Positions 52,414 through 64,000 of a DNA stretch of 64,000 bases are shown here, one piece after another. Source of the DNA: Paragordius varius (lineage: Eukaryota > Animalia > Nematomorpha); assembly GCA_964247055.1 (NCBI GenBank), contig OZ176056.1, forward strand, positions 7,564,001 through 7,628,000. Direction: 5' to 3'. Both the position numbers and the translations under genes were made by a program. The stretch's first letter is position 1; every line of letters begins with the position of its first letter. The notes under the pieces were generated by a model. That model did not search any database and was not told the origin of the DNA. It saw nothing but the letters and a program-made list of their open reading frames with translations.

Positions 52414-52497
52414 TAGGGTGACCAGACGTCCCGCTTTTGGCGGTACAGTCACACTTTCTCTTCCCGCTGCGTTTTAATATTGTCCCGCTTTTTCACG
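52414..52497 (+). mobile_element. Isolated terminus of a hAT (Tip100-like) element
   Basis: TAGGGTGACCAGACGTCCCGCTTTTGGCGG followed by repeated GTCCCGCTTTT resembles recalled Tip100-type ends. No partner end was found. Confidence 0.5.
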
Positions 52498-52529
52498 ATT
52501 ATATAAAAAAAAATTTAAACACATTTAAA

Positions 52530-53122
52530 TCTATATATTTATAAAAATGGAAAATGCTGGCTTTGTGATCTGGTACCGGAAAACCGCTAGACCCAATCAA
52601 ATAAAAATATCGAAAAAATATAATCATTAATGAATGCTCCGACAATAGCTTCGCCCTTTTTTGAAATAGGCCCCCAGTTCGGGCCCACTCCGTGTGAAAA
52701 GTGGGTTTTATTTGAAAACACAATTCCCCAAAAATCGTGTCTTTGAGACAATCTGGAGAACATGTTGGTCCATTCAATTTCAAATATGATTTTTGTTTAC
52801 CTATTTCGAATTCGCCGAACATAGTCGTCTCGCTTTTTTTATTTAGGCCCTCTTTTTACCCGCTCCCCCCGTAAAATGCCATTTATTTCAAAAAACAAAG
52901 TCCACAAAAATGATTTTTTGAATCTATTTTTCCCCCAATTAAACAATATATTAGTATGAATGCTCCGTTGTAAAATTCCTATAAATTCATATCTATTAAA
53001 TAATGTTTCGAAATAATCCACATATGTGGATCATTTTATTGTCCCCTATTTCAAATAGCCCCCCCCCCCCAGAAGTCCGAAGGACTTCCTCGGGCTGCGT
53101 AGCAGCACGAGATTTACGCTAG
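52530..53122 (+). mobile_element. Non-autonomous Helitron copy 4 (short subfamily, 593 bp, both ends intact)
   Basis: A|TCTATATATTTATAAAAATGG ... double hairpin ... ATTTACGCTAG|T. Confidence 0.88.
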
Positions 53123-53477
53123 TTTTTTATAAAAAATTAATTTTTTTATCCGTTTAAATTTTTTATCATTAGTTATCTTTAAATCTATATCAGTTTTAAA
53201 TCAAAAATATTTATTTTTTTCGAATTTATATTATATGATTGTACACTTTGCTTCCTACTCCTGCTGCCAACATTATCAAGGACAAATTAATACCACAAAT
53301 CGGTAGCGTATACGTTTATTCCAGAAAATTAAGGTAATATAATATTTTTATACAAATATTAATTTAAAAATATGAGTACAAAAAAGCTGTTGTACCTTCA
53401 CATTTAATTTATTATTACTAAATAGTCATTTTTATAACATCACAGACAATTTAAAACGAGACTAATAGAAATTTATA

Positions 53478-54510
53478 CCAGTGTAGTCATAAGTTATTAG
53501 CATTTTAACTAAGAGAAGACGTCAACGAAAAGTACGCAACGCTTAATGTAATACATACCCAATCTGACATTAACCGACAAACAAAGTGTAATTAGCATTT
53601 TGATTTTTTTTTCTGAAAATGATATTTGCGGCACGCATTTCTGAAAAGGTAGTTAAAATTATTGTTTGCTAGTATGCACTATAGATTAATAAATGCGAAA
53701 CATATTCTCTAAATAAATGTGATTTTATGTGAAAGAGTATGGGCTTTTTGGTAATTACACAAAACTGCGACGCTAAAGTTGAAAGTCATTGAAGAATGAC
53801 CCAATTTAAAGTTGATAACAATTAGTAGTAGCATTTATCACAAAATCAAAAGATGTCTATGAGCATTAAGAAAAACGAACATGAGTAAATGTGTGCCAAA
53901 CAATTTGAATAGGTCTATAACCGAAAATCGCAAGGTGACTAGTCAAATCCTGCTTCAATGTCACGAAAAGAGAATATTTATGCATCGATGGGGGTCACGA
54001 GAAAGGGTTATATTTAATAAATCTAGTGCCAAATGGTGGTTTTTACTGTGGCAAGCAACCAAGGCGCTTTTGCAAGAATAAAGTGCCCTGTGTTTGGTAA
54101 AACCAGAGAGGCATTTCATATTGTGAACTGTTTAAACCCGAAAATCTTCAATACATGCGCCAAATGATTTTAATTTCATAGATCGAAAAAATACCGTAAT
54201 ATACCAGGAGAAATTAACAATTTAATTTGCTATATAACATTGCTCCGTCTCACATAGCAAAACCAATGAAAGAAACCGTGAAATCGCTTCGATTTTTGCA
54301 TCCACTGAACTCTCCTGTTATGCCGCTATCTGACTATTTGTGGGGCACATGCTCAAAAAGCAGCACTTGATTAATTTCAAAACGTTGGAAATTTTAAACG
54401 GTTTCAGCAAAAGACAATCGGTTTTTCTGGCACGGCATTCATGTATTAACTAAGAGATTGTAATGACGGTGTGTTATGCCCAAAGCGATGTTAACAGGCT
54501 TTTTAAATGA
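53478..54510 (+). mobile_element. Degenerate mariner transposase remnant
   Basis: Broken frames read NIAPSHIAKPMKETVKSL..LHPLNSP..PLSDYL (compare HDNA.PH...HPPYSPDLAPSDY) and AKDNRFFWHGIHVLTKR (compare FFWRGIHKLPERW). A left TIR-like sequence TA|CCAGTGTAGTCATAAG is present. Confidence 0.75.
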
Positions 54511-54862
54511 AAAACGGTATCAATCTAAAAAGACAAAACATAAAAACAAAAGAACAGTAAATTTTTAAATAAAACCATATTTTAACCCTGTCTTGTTTTT
54601 TCACATAATTTACATGATAGCAAATAATAACGTTTTGATACAAAAACAGTAGTTTTTCACTTTTAATGTTTTGTTTCTATAATTAATTTTTTAACGAAAA
54701 TAGAGGCATCATATTAGTCTTTTACCAAAAATTACTGTTAAACAATTAGATATGACCAAATAAAAAGCATTAATACAGGCAAGGAACTAATGGTGCTCAT
54801 TTATATTAGAAATGGTCCGAGTGCTACAAGCATTTTCTTCCTTGCGATGAATGCCATGAAGA

Positions 54863-57105
54863 CAATGGCGTACCGAGCATTTGCGGCTCCCAGGGAATAA
54901 AACTCTCTGGCGTCCCCTCCTCTTTTTGAAAGCCAATAAAACAATTTAGTAAAAAAATAAAAACGTCAAATGCTTCATAAATATTAATTTTAGAATCTTG
55001 CAATCTATGTTTAACCCTGTCGATTCTTCTAAGTATTTGATGCCAGAAAAAAATTAATATTAAAAACTTGGAATTTAAAAAACCCTGAGGTAAAACGGAT
55101 GCTCTACTTCTTGGTTCGCTAGTATTTGAAGTATTTTTACTTAAATTTTCTAATAACTCTAACAAATCATCTATTCCCTCAACAATGGCATTAACTGCTT
55201 GATTTCTAAAACTCCCTCGGGTTTCAGACTCACGCCGAACAGTGATTTAAGTTTATATTTTAATAGGTCTCATCTAATAGTTGAACGTGAAAGATATTTT
55301 CAATTATTCTGAAACAGGTCAATACAATAACATCTAGCTTTACTACCGTGACTCCCACTAAATTCAAAAAATGATTGTCACAGTTGACAAATTTACTCTT
55401 TTATTATTTTCCAGAATTGTTAAACGTCTGAAATGTGAGTTACATTATCACAGCTTTGAGATAACTGATAATTATCCATATTAAGATTTTTATTGCATTT
55501 TCAATTGACATTGCATCTTTGTTGAATAACTGAAAAAAAACCAAAAAGGATTCTTTTATGACGACTTTCTGTTTCTCATAATCATAAAACGCATAACCGA
55601 TAATTTAAAAATTTATTTTCGGTGGGCTAAATCTGGCTTTGAATCAAATATAAGTCCATAATATTTACTTTTTTATGTCATCGATCATTAGCTTTAACTC
55701 TTGAAACTAAAAGATGTATGAACTCGTTTTAAATTTTGGGTGAAACACAGGATTAAGTGTTAGGAGATTCAATGTTTTTTTTCATGTGTTCTCCCATTAT
55801 TGGGTCAAACTGAGCTACAAGTAAAGATATTCAAGATTTGGTGCTGAGTCATCTAGATACATTAAACTTTCACGATGTCCTTAAGGGAGACTTTGGATGA
55901 TTAAAAATTTCATGCAGGCCAATATTCGATGTAAAATATTTAGCCATCGATCCTTTTCCGATTGTATGTGAGCCTCTAGAGAACCAATTGGTGTTTTATT
56001 TTCAATCTTCTTTCTGCTCTTTCCAAGTAGTAAATGCTTTCCGATGATTGAGGCTATTTTCATGATGGGTTATATCTTTTTTCCTGCATATATTAAAACC
56101 ATGTGCAGTTATAAAAGATGATGGTAAAGAGTTAGATTGATCAAAAAGTAGGCAACAATAACAATACGAAGATCTGTTCTTTGGTGAATATAAAAGCCAA
56201 GACCTCTCAACTTCGAATCCCTTTTTTACTGACACGTCAAAAAAACCAAGATTGGGGCATTGAACAATGAATTTTTGTTTTAAAGAGATTGCATTTATTT
56301 TAAAATCCTTGCGATCCACGAATAATCATTTCTGTCCGAAATTGATTAGATATTACGGGAACATTATAAGTAAATTCTAAAAAGGCGACATCATTAAACT
56401 CTCCAGGTATAGCGCTTGGAAATACTAATATTTGTAATGTTCATTTCTATTTGGATCCATAACTAGGGTTTCAGTACACTTTTTTCAATGTTATGGTCAG
56501 ATATTTTCGTTTAAGATTTCATACTCATTCTTATTTTATTTGTTTTATTCTCTTCCTGGATTTTTCGTTTCCTATTTGCGTAACCACTGAGTTTAGGCAT
56601 TGATATCTGATTAAAATGAAAGTAATTATAAAAATTACAAGGCTATATTAATAATAAAAACCTACCTTGTTAGAGATAGAATGATCTTGGGGATTTAAAT
56701 AAATAAAATTGGGTTCTAAAATTGAATATGATTAAATTAAAAATGCTATAAATATAAGAGGTAGTTTTTATACAGAGGGACAAGGACGTTAAAATAATTT
56801 AATTAAAGGCAATAAAAGAATTAACAATATGTGCGTATAAAGAAACGTTTTTAAGCAAAAAAAATTTGCACATATTGAGGGGAATACCTACATGATGTTG
56901 TTTTTTGCATAATGTTTGCTCTTGTACTTATATAATTTTCATATTATATAAGGGATTATTAAGTAATTTGTTGAAAAATTTAACTTGAAAGTTATTATTA
57001 TATTTGCATTTAGATATGATTTAAAAAATATCCTTTAGGAGCCCCTAAATAACGGCGCCTGGGGCATGATGCACCCCCTTGACAACACCCCTCAGTACGT
57101 TATTG
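54863..57105 (-). mobile_element. hAT transposon with TTF-zinc-finger/DUF4371 (ZMYM1-like) transposase, internally deleted
   Basis: TIRs CAATGGCGTACCGAG and CAATAACGTACTGAG match 12/15; TSD CATGAAGA and CATCAGGA match 6/8. ORF pieces read RSWLLYSP..YCYCCLLF..GF..HENS..H..AF..WK, EKDRWLNILHRI and FWHQILRRIDRV..RLQ. Confidence 0.85.
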
Positions 57106-58062
57106 CATCAGGAGTTTTATTGTTCAAATCAATGCAGAAAAAACTGTTGGAACTCTTTCCATTCCTTCGTTTGTACCAAAAACCCTAACCATAAAGGACG
57201 ATCGGATCTGGAAAATGCCAAAACGAAACTCAAAAAATTATCAGCTATTGTTGAAGGATACTCACCAACCATGGCCATCAAATACTAATCCCCAAATTAA
57301 AATAATTTGCCAAGGTACCAAAGAGATAAATCGTAATAGCTATTGAATAACTTTGATCACAAAATCCAAGGCTGGAAAGAAGGATAGTAAAAACCATTCA
57401 TCCTTTAGCAATGAGATGTCTATTTTAGGGTTTACATTATATGTAAAATTTAGGAATCCTTCACATCCTCCATAAGTGCGTTACAAATAAGCGTTTGTAT
57501 GCAAACTATGCATCATAGCAAAAATATATTGAACAGCCTAACCAATCCAAATGGTGAAGCTTTCAAGCTTTCCGATAGAGAATTTGCTCTTTTATGCCTA
57601 ATTATATTGAAGAATGAACAAGCATTCGTCATTGTAAATGATATAAAATCTTTGTATAGCCAATTATGTACACATTGCCCTCAAAATGCCCTGACTTTTT
57701 TTTAACGGGAATCCAATTAATGTCCGATGAAAATTTGATAAAAGATCCCGAGTTTTCTGGGGTTTTTATCTTTCAATCCTGCATTAACCATAGCTGTGAC
57801 CGTAATTTCATAATTTCAAACTCAGCATCAGAAGACATCTCAAATAAATTTGGAATTATCAAGTGTGATAAATTTATTTTTTGTGGGTGCATAAATAAAA
57901 TATAAAATTAATTTTAATTAATATCAAGTATACATCATTGATTATGATAAACAACTAAATAAATGAAACAAGCTTAAAACATTAACAAAATCTTATTTAA
58001 AATTTAATTTTGATACCGTTATATTATTTTAATTATCTCTGATAAAATATGGTAATTTTTAA

Positions 58063-58596
58063 CACTTGCACACAACACATTCATTTTAGTCCTATAATTC
58101 AAATTGGGGTAGTTGGAAGATACCACAGGCGTGTTTAAAATTGAATAATTTAAAAAATATGGAATAAATTGAAACCACGGCAAAAATTTACGCTCATTTA
58201 ACATTAATAATAAATATATAATAAAGATTATTAAAAAAACTTGATAAGGTAAAACCTCAAGGTAAAAATTTAGTCATGACGTGTGTGCCTTAGCTAAATT
58301 AAAATAATACAAAATAAACCACTTTTTCTGTTTATATTAATATGTCAATTAAATAAAAAATTGGCTTTAATTTTAGCTTTAAAATAAGATAGCGATATTT
58401 TGCGAAAATGTTGTAAAATAAAAAGGCATCAATGTAGTTTGATATGTAACTTTTTTTCAAAACTATATTTTATTTAGATATATCGGCTTATTTATATAAT
58501 TTTTATTAGGATGAAAGCATTTCAAGTTGGGACCGTTTCTTTCGGTAGTTTTTTGAAATCATACACTTAAATATAGTTTGGGGTATTTAGATACCC
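58063..58596. mobile_element. piggyBac-like MITE family D, right end truncated
   Basis: TTAA|CACTTGCACACAACACATTCA...; the body is homologous to 50710-51233. Confidence 0.65.
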
Positions 58597-59924
58597 AAAA
58601 CAATAGCGGCCATTTATTTTAATCTATTGTATTTTTTAATTTTTCTGTCTAAGCTCCAAGAAAAATAATTCAATTGGTTTACAATGTTTATCAAAACGGT
58701 TTGGCCAAGAGATTACCACGAGTTATGTTGGCTTCATTGAAATCGAAATTTAAAAAGCAGAAGGCTGAAATTATGGTATTCACATAAATTTAAGTGTATG
58801 TGCACTTTGAGCAATGAGTATGCCATATTTTTATGTTGCAATAAAAATAAAAATTATAAAGAAAGAATGTTAAAATCAGCCAATATTTCTCTTTGACCTT
58901 TTAAATTTATTTAGTTTATGCTTATAAATATATTATTTGCAGGGATGAGGGATTGAAATGTAAAAATGGTGATTTTGAACCCAGGTTGTTGAAAAGAAAA
59001 GTATTCCGGACACAAATAATAATAATAATAATAATAAAAACATCAATAACAACATGGAAATCAAAAAGCTTATGTTGTGTGGTAAAGGTCGTGCAGTTTG
59101 GTATTGTAGCAAAGATTGTCAGGTTAAACATTGGAAACCTTTTTTCAACATAACTTCTCCAAAGATCGAATCAAATTCGCGAAAATCGAATGTTAAATTC
59201 ATCCAACGTAAGCTGCCATTATTCCATAAAATCTCTTAACTAAATATCTCTATAGTTTTAATTTTTAAATTTTTAGCAACACACGAAATAAATCACACAT
59301 GCAGGACCTATAATATTGAAGCACTAATAACGGAAAAAAAATTAACCATCTTTTGTAATACAGTGATTTTTTCCTAGGAAATAATTAAATTTTATTGATA
59401 CAAACTCCGATAGGTAAGTTTTCATAAAATAATATTAGATAGTGAATATAGTTCATGTACCTAAAACATTTTATGGGCATTCGGTCTAAGATTAAAATTT
59501 AGCATTTTGGATTAGTTTTTTATTTTATATGATTGATATGATTATTGAATAAAACACTTTTTGAAACTTAATATTGTGAACGTAACATGGCTTTTTTTTA
59601 AAAAGGCTAATTATTAATCGGAAACCACAACATTTTGGCCCAAAACTTCAATCATTTTAATCAAATGTTATAAAAAATATTATAAAATTTATGCACAATT
59701 TGCATCTTCAAATTATCAAAACTCATTTTATATACAACGTAATTTTACTGAGAAAAAGTTAACGTTTATTAATTCCACAACGAGTTATTGGGAAATGCCG
59801 CACAGCGACGTTATCTTCCTGCTAAATTATTAGACCATATGAAGCTTGTTAAAATTGTGCAAATTAATAAATTTTAGAAGGATTATTTATAGGTTGAAAA
59901 ATTATTTTATAGCTGAATATCTTG

Positions 59925-60543
59925 TTTGTAGAACGGCAGCCAGATCGAAACAGTTAGCAGTTACACGTACTTAGGTAGCATTATTCAGTGAGAACAACTC
60001 TACGCCAGAAATAAAGCGAAGAATTGCTATTGCTAAAGCAGTCACTTTTAAATATAACAAGATTTGGATGTCGGACATTAAACTACAAATCAAACGATTA
60101 ATTAATGCTACAGTTTTTCCCACATTCATGTATGGAGGGGGGAAAGCTGGACACTGAAATATGACGAACGTCAAATAAATTCTTTCGAATTATGGGTTTG
60201 GAGGAAACTTCTCCAAATAAAATGGACAGACAAAATTTCAAACACCACTATTCTAAATAAAATTAACCCAGAAATGTCACTTCTAGGCAGCTTAATACGG
60301 CAAAAACTCTCCTTTTTCGGGCACATTATGAGGGCCAACTCACTTGAAAAATCACTGATGCTGGGGAAAGTGAGTGGTGCCCGAAAAAGAGGGAGAAGAC
60401 CAACTCGTTGGATGGATAACATCCTCAAAGAAACAAACCAATCATTATCAGAACTAAACACCAGATCCGGAAATCGCAGTGAATGGAGAAGCTATATTTT
60501 CAATGTTGCAGTTAGTCGGAATCGACCTTAGCAACAACAACAA
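59925..60543 (+). mobile_element. 5'-truncated RTE-clade LINE with a (CAA)4 tail
   Basis: IETVSSYTYLGS, EIKRRIAIAK, VFPTFMYG, QKLSFFGHIMR..SLEKSLMLGKV.GARKRGR..TRWMD..W are typical of the RTE ORF C-terminus. The stop at 60531 is followed by CAACAACAACAA. Confidence 0.88.
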
Positions 60544-61010
60544 GAATGAGTTTTGTTGAAGTATATGTCCTGCGGCCTATCTAATTTCGTACTTTTTGCA
60601 TGATATCAATAATATATAGATGTATTTTCTATTATAAAAAAGCATTTAATGCACTTACAGTACGATTAAAATGACATATCTACCTAAATACACCATAGAC
60701 AGGATAAAGAAATGAAGGTAATAATAAACAAAAATAACATTAGTTGAAATAAATTGGTTATGAAAGTATGCAAATCTGGCCCATTATTGTTAACCAATTG
60801 ATAATAAGGTAGCGTGTGGTTATAAAATAAATTTTGATATTAATAAATAATAAATTAACGTTCTATGATAGGAAAAATCTGTTCATCAGTCTCGTTTTTT
60901 ACCCATACACTAATAATGTTGCATCTAATAATAAGAATGAGCCAGTATAAATGTGCATACTGTAATTATAAATAGACGAATACATCAATCGTAAATAATT
61001 ATATATTATA

Positions 61011-61210
61011 CCATTTACAATTCAAATTCATCCTAAAAATAAATTATGTTTTTCAGGCATGAAACTCATCATTAATATGAAATATATTTTTTTGACTTAG
61101 TTTATTAATTGCAAACAAAATCTTATTTTTTAAAAATATATAAAAATATAAAGAATATTTAAACCAAAAAAACACATAATTATTTTAGGGTGAATTTGAA
61201 GTGTAAATAA
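61011..61210. mobile_element. MITE family B copy
   Basis: TA|CCATTTACAATTCAAATTCATCC ... GGGTGAATTTGAAGTGTAAATAA|TA. Confidence 0.7.
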
Positions 61211-62944
61211 TATATACGACCATATAATAAAAATGTATGCCTATATTTTCGACTTATTTAAAAATCGGAATATCAAAATCATTCATACTATAAAAAATAG
61301 AGAGATGCGGACCAAAGACTAATTAATGAAACTCTATACCCAAGTGATAATAGTGGAAATAGTTGCATTGACAGGGTTTAGACAGGCATTTAATATAGCC
61401 GCCTCTATAGTATGGCTGTTCCATCATGTAACTTAACATATAATTTTCACTAAAAAAATTTTATTTCACATTCTTATTATAAGGGTCATGTTAAAATCAA
61501 GTTTTTATCCTCTTAGCGATAGATATAAATACCAACATATTTTACCTTGTAATGTAAAATAAAACAATACAAAATTGTTAATCAAATATTTATTCAATTT
61601 TCGAGGCGAAATCGGGTAAATCGTATTAAGAAGAAGGCTGAAAAACTAAAATTATGTGCTTAAGCTATTGGAGATAAAATTTAAAAATAAATTTTAACCT
61701 TGGAATGTTATTTACAAAATTGAGTTTTAGAGGGCACTTAAACATTTACGGTATGTATAACTGATAGAGTTTGACAACAAATATATAGACATATATATAC
61801 CTACTTAATCTAATTTTTACGTGTAATTCCTTATTTTTAAATTTTATTTTAAAATGTATTCATTTCGAAGTCTTGTGATGTTATCAATAATCATATTTAT
61901 AATTATGATGAAAGTTACCAGGTAAGATTTAATTTATCATTATTAAGTAACGCTTTTGTAGTTTTTAACAAGTCTACATTCGTAAAAAAATCTCTCATGA
62001 TGAGTATTTATAATTAAAGAGCGCCTCTATAATTTACCTCATACTGATTATCATGCACTCATTAGATAATCGTTGATTGAGACCTACCTAAAAAACTAAC
62101 TAGTTTTGTGAGTTTTAAAACTTATCATATTAAATCAAAAATTTATATGTCTAACAAATAATATAATACTAAAAATAAAAGGGTCCTGATACGGATAATA
62201 TCTTATATCAGATCCACCGTATTTCATGATTTATCAACTTAAGGTATTCTTTTATATAGAATTTCAATAAAAATCACAAAAAATTTATATCATACAATTT
62301 TTTTTCAAATTAGGGTGACCGCATCACTTTAATAAATTACTTAAAGCGTTTAAGTTCCAATCAGATTGCTTTATTGTATTGAATTATCTTTAAATTTATT
62401 TAATCAAAACGGTTCTACTTTATGTTATCACCTATTTAATATTAAAAATCATTTTTGACGTTAACCAATACCTTATGATATTATATAAGAAATGATTATT
62501 TTACAAATGATACAACATTTGATTTTTTTTTCAAACTTAATTAAATAAATTTAACATAAAAAATGTCGGAGATTAAACAAAAAATGTTTTGAGTTTGTGT
62601 TGAGTTAAAAATAAAATATAATGTTTATTATTCTGCCTCAATGCAATGCATAAATAGACTTTCTTGCAAGTGTGATGGTGCACAACCCTGAATATTAGTC
62701 TAATAAAAATAAATTCTCGAGCTTGGTTAATAAGTATTGAGTTGGAATAAACTTATGTTTTTATTTTTCAACACAATCCATAAATAGACTTTCTTGCAAA
62801 TAAGATGCTTAATGTAATGCCCTGAATAGTGGTCTCATAAAAAATAAATATTGGAAATCAAAATTTTGAATGTCATTGAAAAATGTTGAGTTTGATTGAA
62901 AAAGTGTTGAGTATAATGTAAATTATATACTTTTATTCGCCTCT

Positions 62945-63067
62945 ATGCAAAGCATCAATGGACTTTCTTGCAAGTGTGATGGTGAATGTACACCATTGAA
63001 TGTTACGACAGATTGCAAAGGCGATGCCGGGAGAGATGCTTGCGATTGCTGTGATGTTTGTAACAAG
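62945..63067 (+). CDS. Exon encoding an IGFBP N-terminal-type cysteine-rich domain (CRIM1/IGFBP-rP-like protein); rest of the gene not seen
   Basis: GLSCKCDGECTP...DCKGDAGRDACDCCDVCNK matches the IGFBP C..DxCxCC.VC pattern, followed by the donor AAG|GTTAAG. The start codon is uncertain because the upstream frame is closed at 62897. Confidence 0.65.
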
Positions 63068-63309
63068 GTTAAGGATACATTATATTTTAAGAATTATTTT
63101 GTTTTTTTAGAATATAAATATAAAAAAGTTTGATTTCAATAGTTTGGGATACGGAAATTACCAGCTTTTAATATAAGTAATAAATTGACGTATATAATTA
63201 GAATATCTCAAACGGGTTGTATTTTAACTAATTACTTTCAAAATTATATAAATGGATAAAATTTCGCAAATCAATAGATTACGATTTTTCAGTTAAAAGT
63301 AATATGTTA

Positions 63310-63520
63310 GCAACGCAACATTTTTTTCATCAAACAGCATTTTTTCAACCGAACGCAACATATTTGAAGCAAAGACAACTTATCAAGTGTTGCGTTTGAA
63401 TGAAAAATGTTGCGTTTGAATGAAAAAATGTTGCGTTTGCATTAAAAAAATGCGTTTGGATGAAAAAATGTTGCCTTTGCATAAAAAATGTTAAGTTTGC
63501 TTGAAAAAATGTTTTAACTG
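63310..63520. repeat. Fold-back minisatellite of ~20-bp units (AAAAAATGTTGCGTTTGAATG), with inverted copies on the left
   Basis: About six direct units at 63388-63510 and reverse-complement units (CAACGCAACATTTTTTTC) at 63310-63370. Confidence 0.75.
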
Positions 63521-64000
63521 AAAAAAGATTATCATATTTCATAGTGTCCTCCTAATTTAAAATTTAATTCTTTGAAAGAAGATCATTTAATTTTCGTAGA
63601 AATATCTAGATTCAAAAATATTTTATTTTCAAATTAGTTTATAATACACTTTTTATATATTAAAAATTGTAAATTCGTTCGATATTTAAATAGGTTCTTT
63701 CTAAATTCATTTCAAAACTTAATTAAAAATTTAACTCATTTTATATCTAAATATAAGGGCTTGGAACTTTTAATAAGAACCAGTTCCAATTGTTCAGAAA
63801 CCACCCGGTTCCGGTTTCACCTTTTTTGAACCGGTTTCAAACCCTGCTAAATATCTTTATATTTTGTTTATCCTCAGAAAGTTAAATTTTTAATTCCTGA
63901 TATCCAACTGCTTAATGACATGTTTTATCCAAAAAGTTAATAAACTATGAACTAATTCTAGATCAAAAAGACCTTTAGTTAAATATATTCTGCAATAATA

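Larger units (their letters stand above)
54810..59330 (+). pseudogene. SMYD-like (SET + MYND) pseudogene interrupted by a hAT element and a MITE
   Basis: Removing 54863-57105 plus one TSD restores LPCDECHEEFYCSNQCRKNCWNSFHSFVC (MYND finger). FSGVFIFQSCINHSCDRN at ~57750-57810 is the SET NHSC motif, and a second MYND-like stretch (LCGKGRAVWYCSKDCQVKHW) lies at ~59065-59135. In-frame stops and frameshifts occur between these blocks. Confidence 0.7.

Overview
Very AT-rich, intron-containing animal genomic DNA. I cannot assign the taxon; it is not prokaryotic, and I saw no CRISPR, rRNA or tRNA. I spliced genes by hand using GT-AG boundaries and phase continuity. Genes: 3' end of a probable epsinR/CLINT1-like gene (+, <1-1213); an unrecognised two-TM protein gene (-, ~4171-7437); a 7-exon 238-aa secreted protein I do not recognise (-, 12908-15336); MRPS34 (-, 20821-21373) head-to-head with an 11-exon parvin (+, 21424-27743); a 13-exon beta-TrCP/Slimb (-, 37011-49399); a SMYD-like pseudogene split by a hAT insertion (+, ~54810-59330); and an IGFBP-domain exon (+, 62945-63067). 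The rest is dense transposon debris: four copies of a non-autonomous Helitron family, three hAT elements, mariner, Gypsy, RTE and possible Penelope remnants, and several MITE families. The most striking signal is a class of ultra-short spliceosomal introns (24, 28, 30 and 33 nt, plus a 25-nt candidate) alongside TE-filled introns of 0.3-2 kb. Also notable are very large low-complexity insertions in the normally conserved beta-TrCP and parvin proteins. All homology statements come from recalled family sequences, not database searches.
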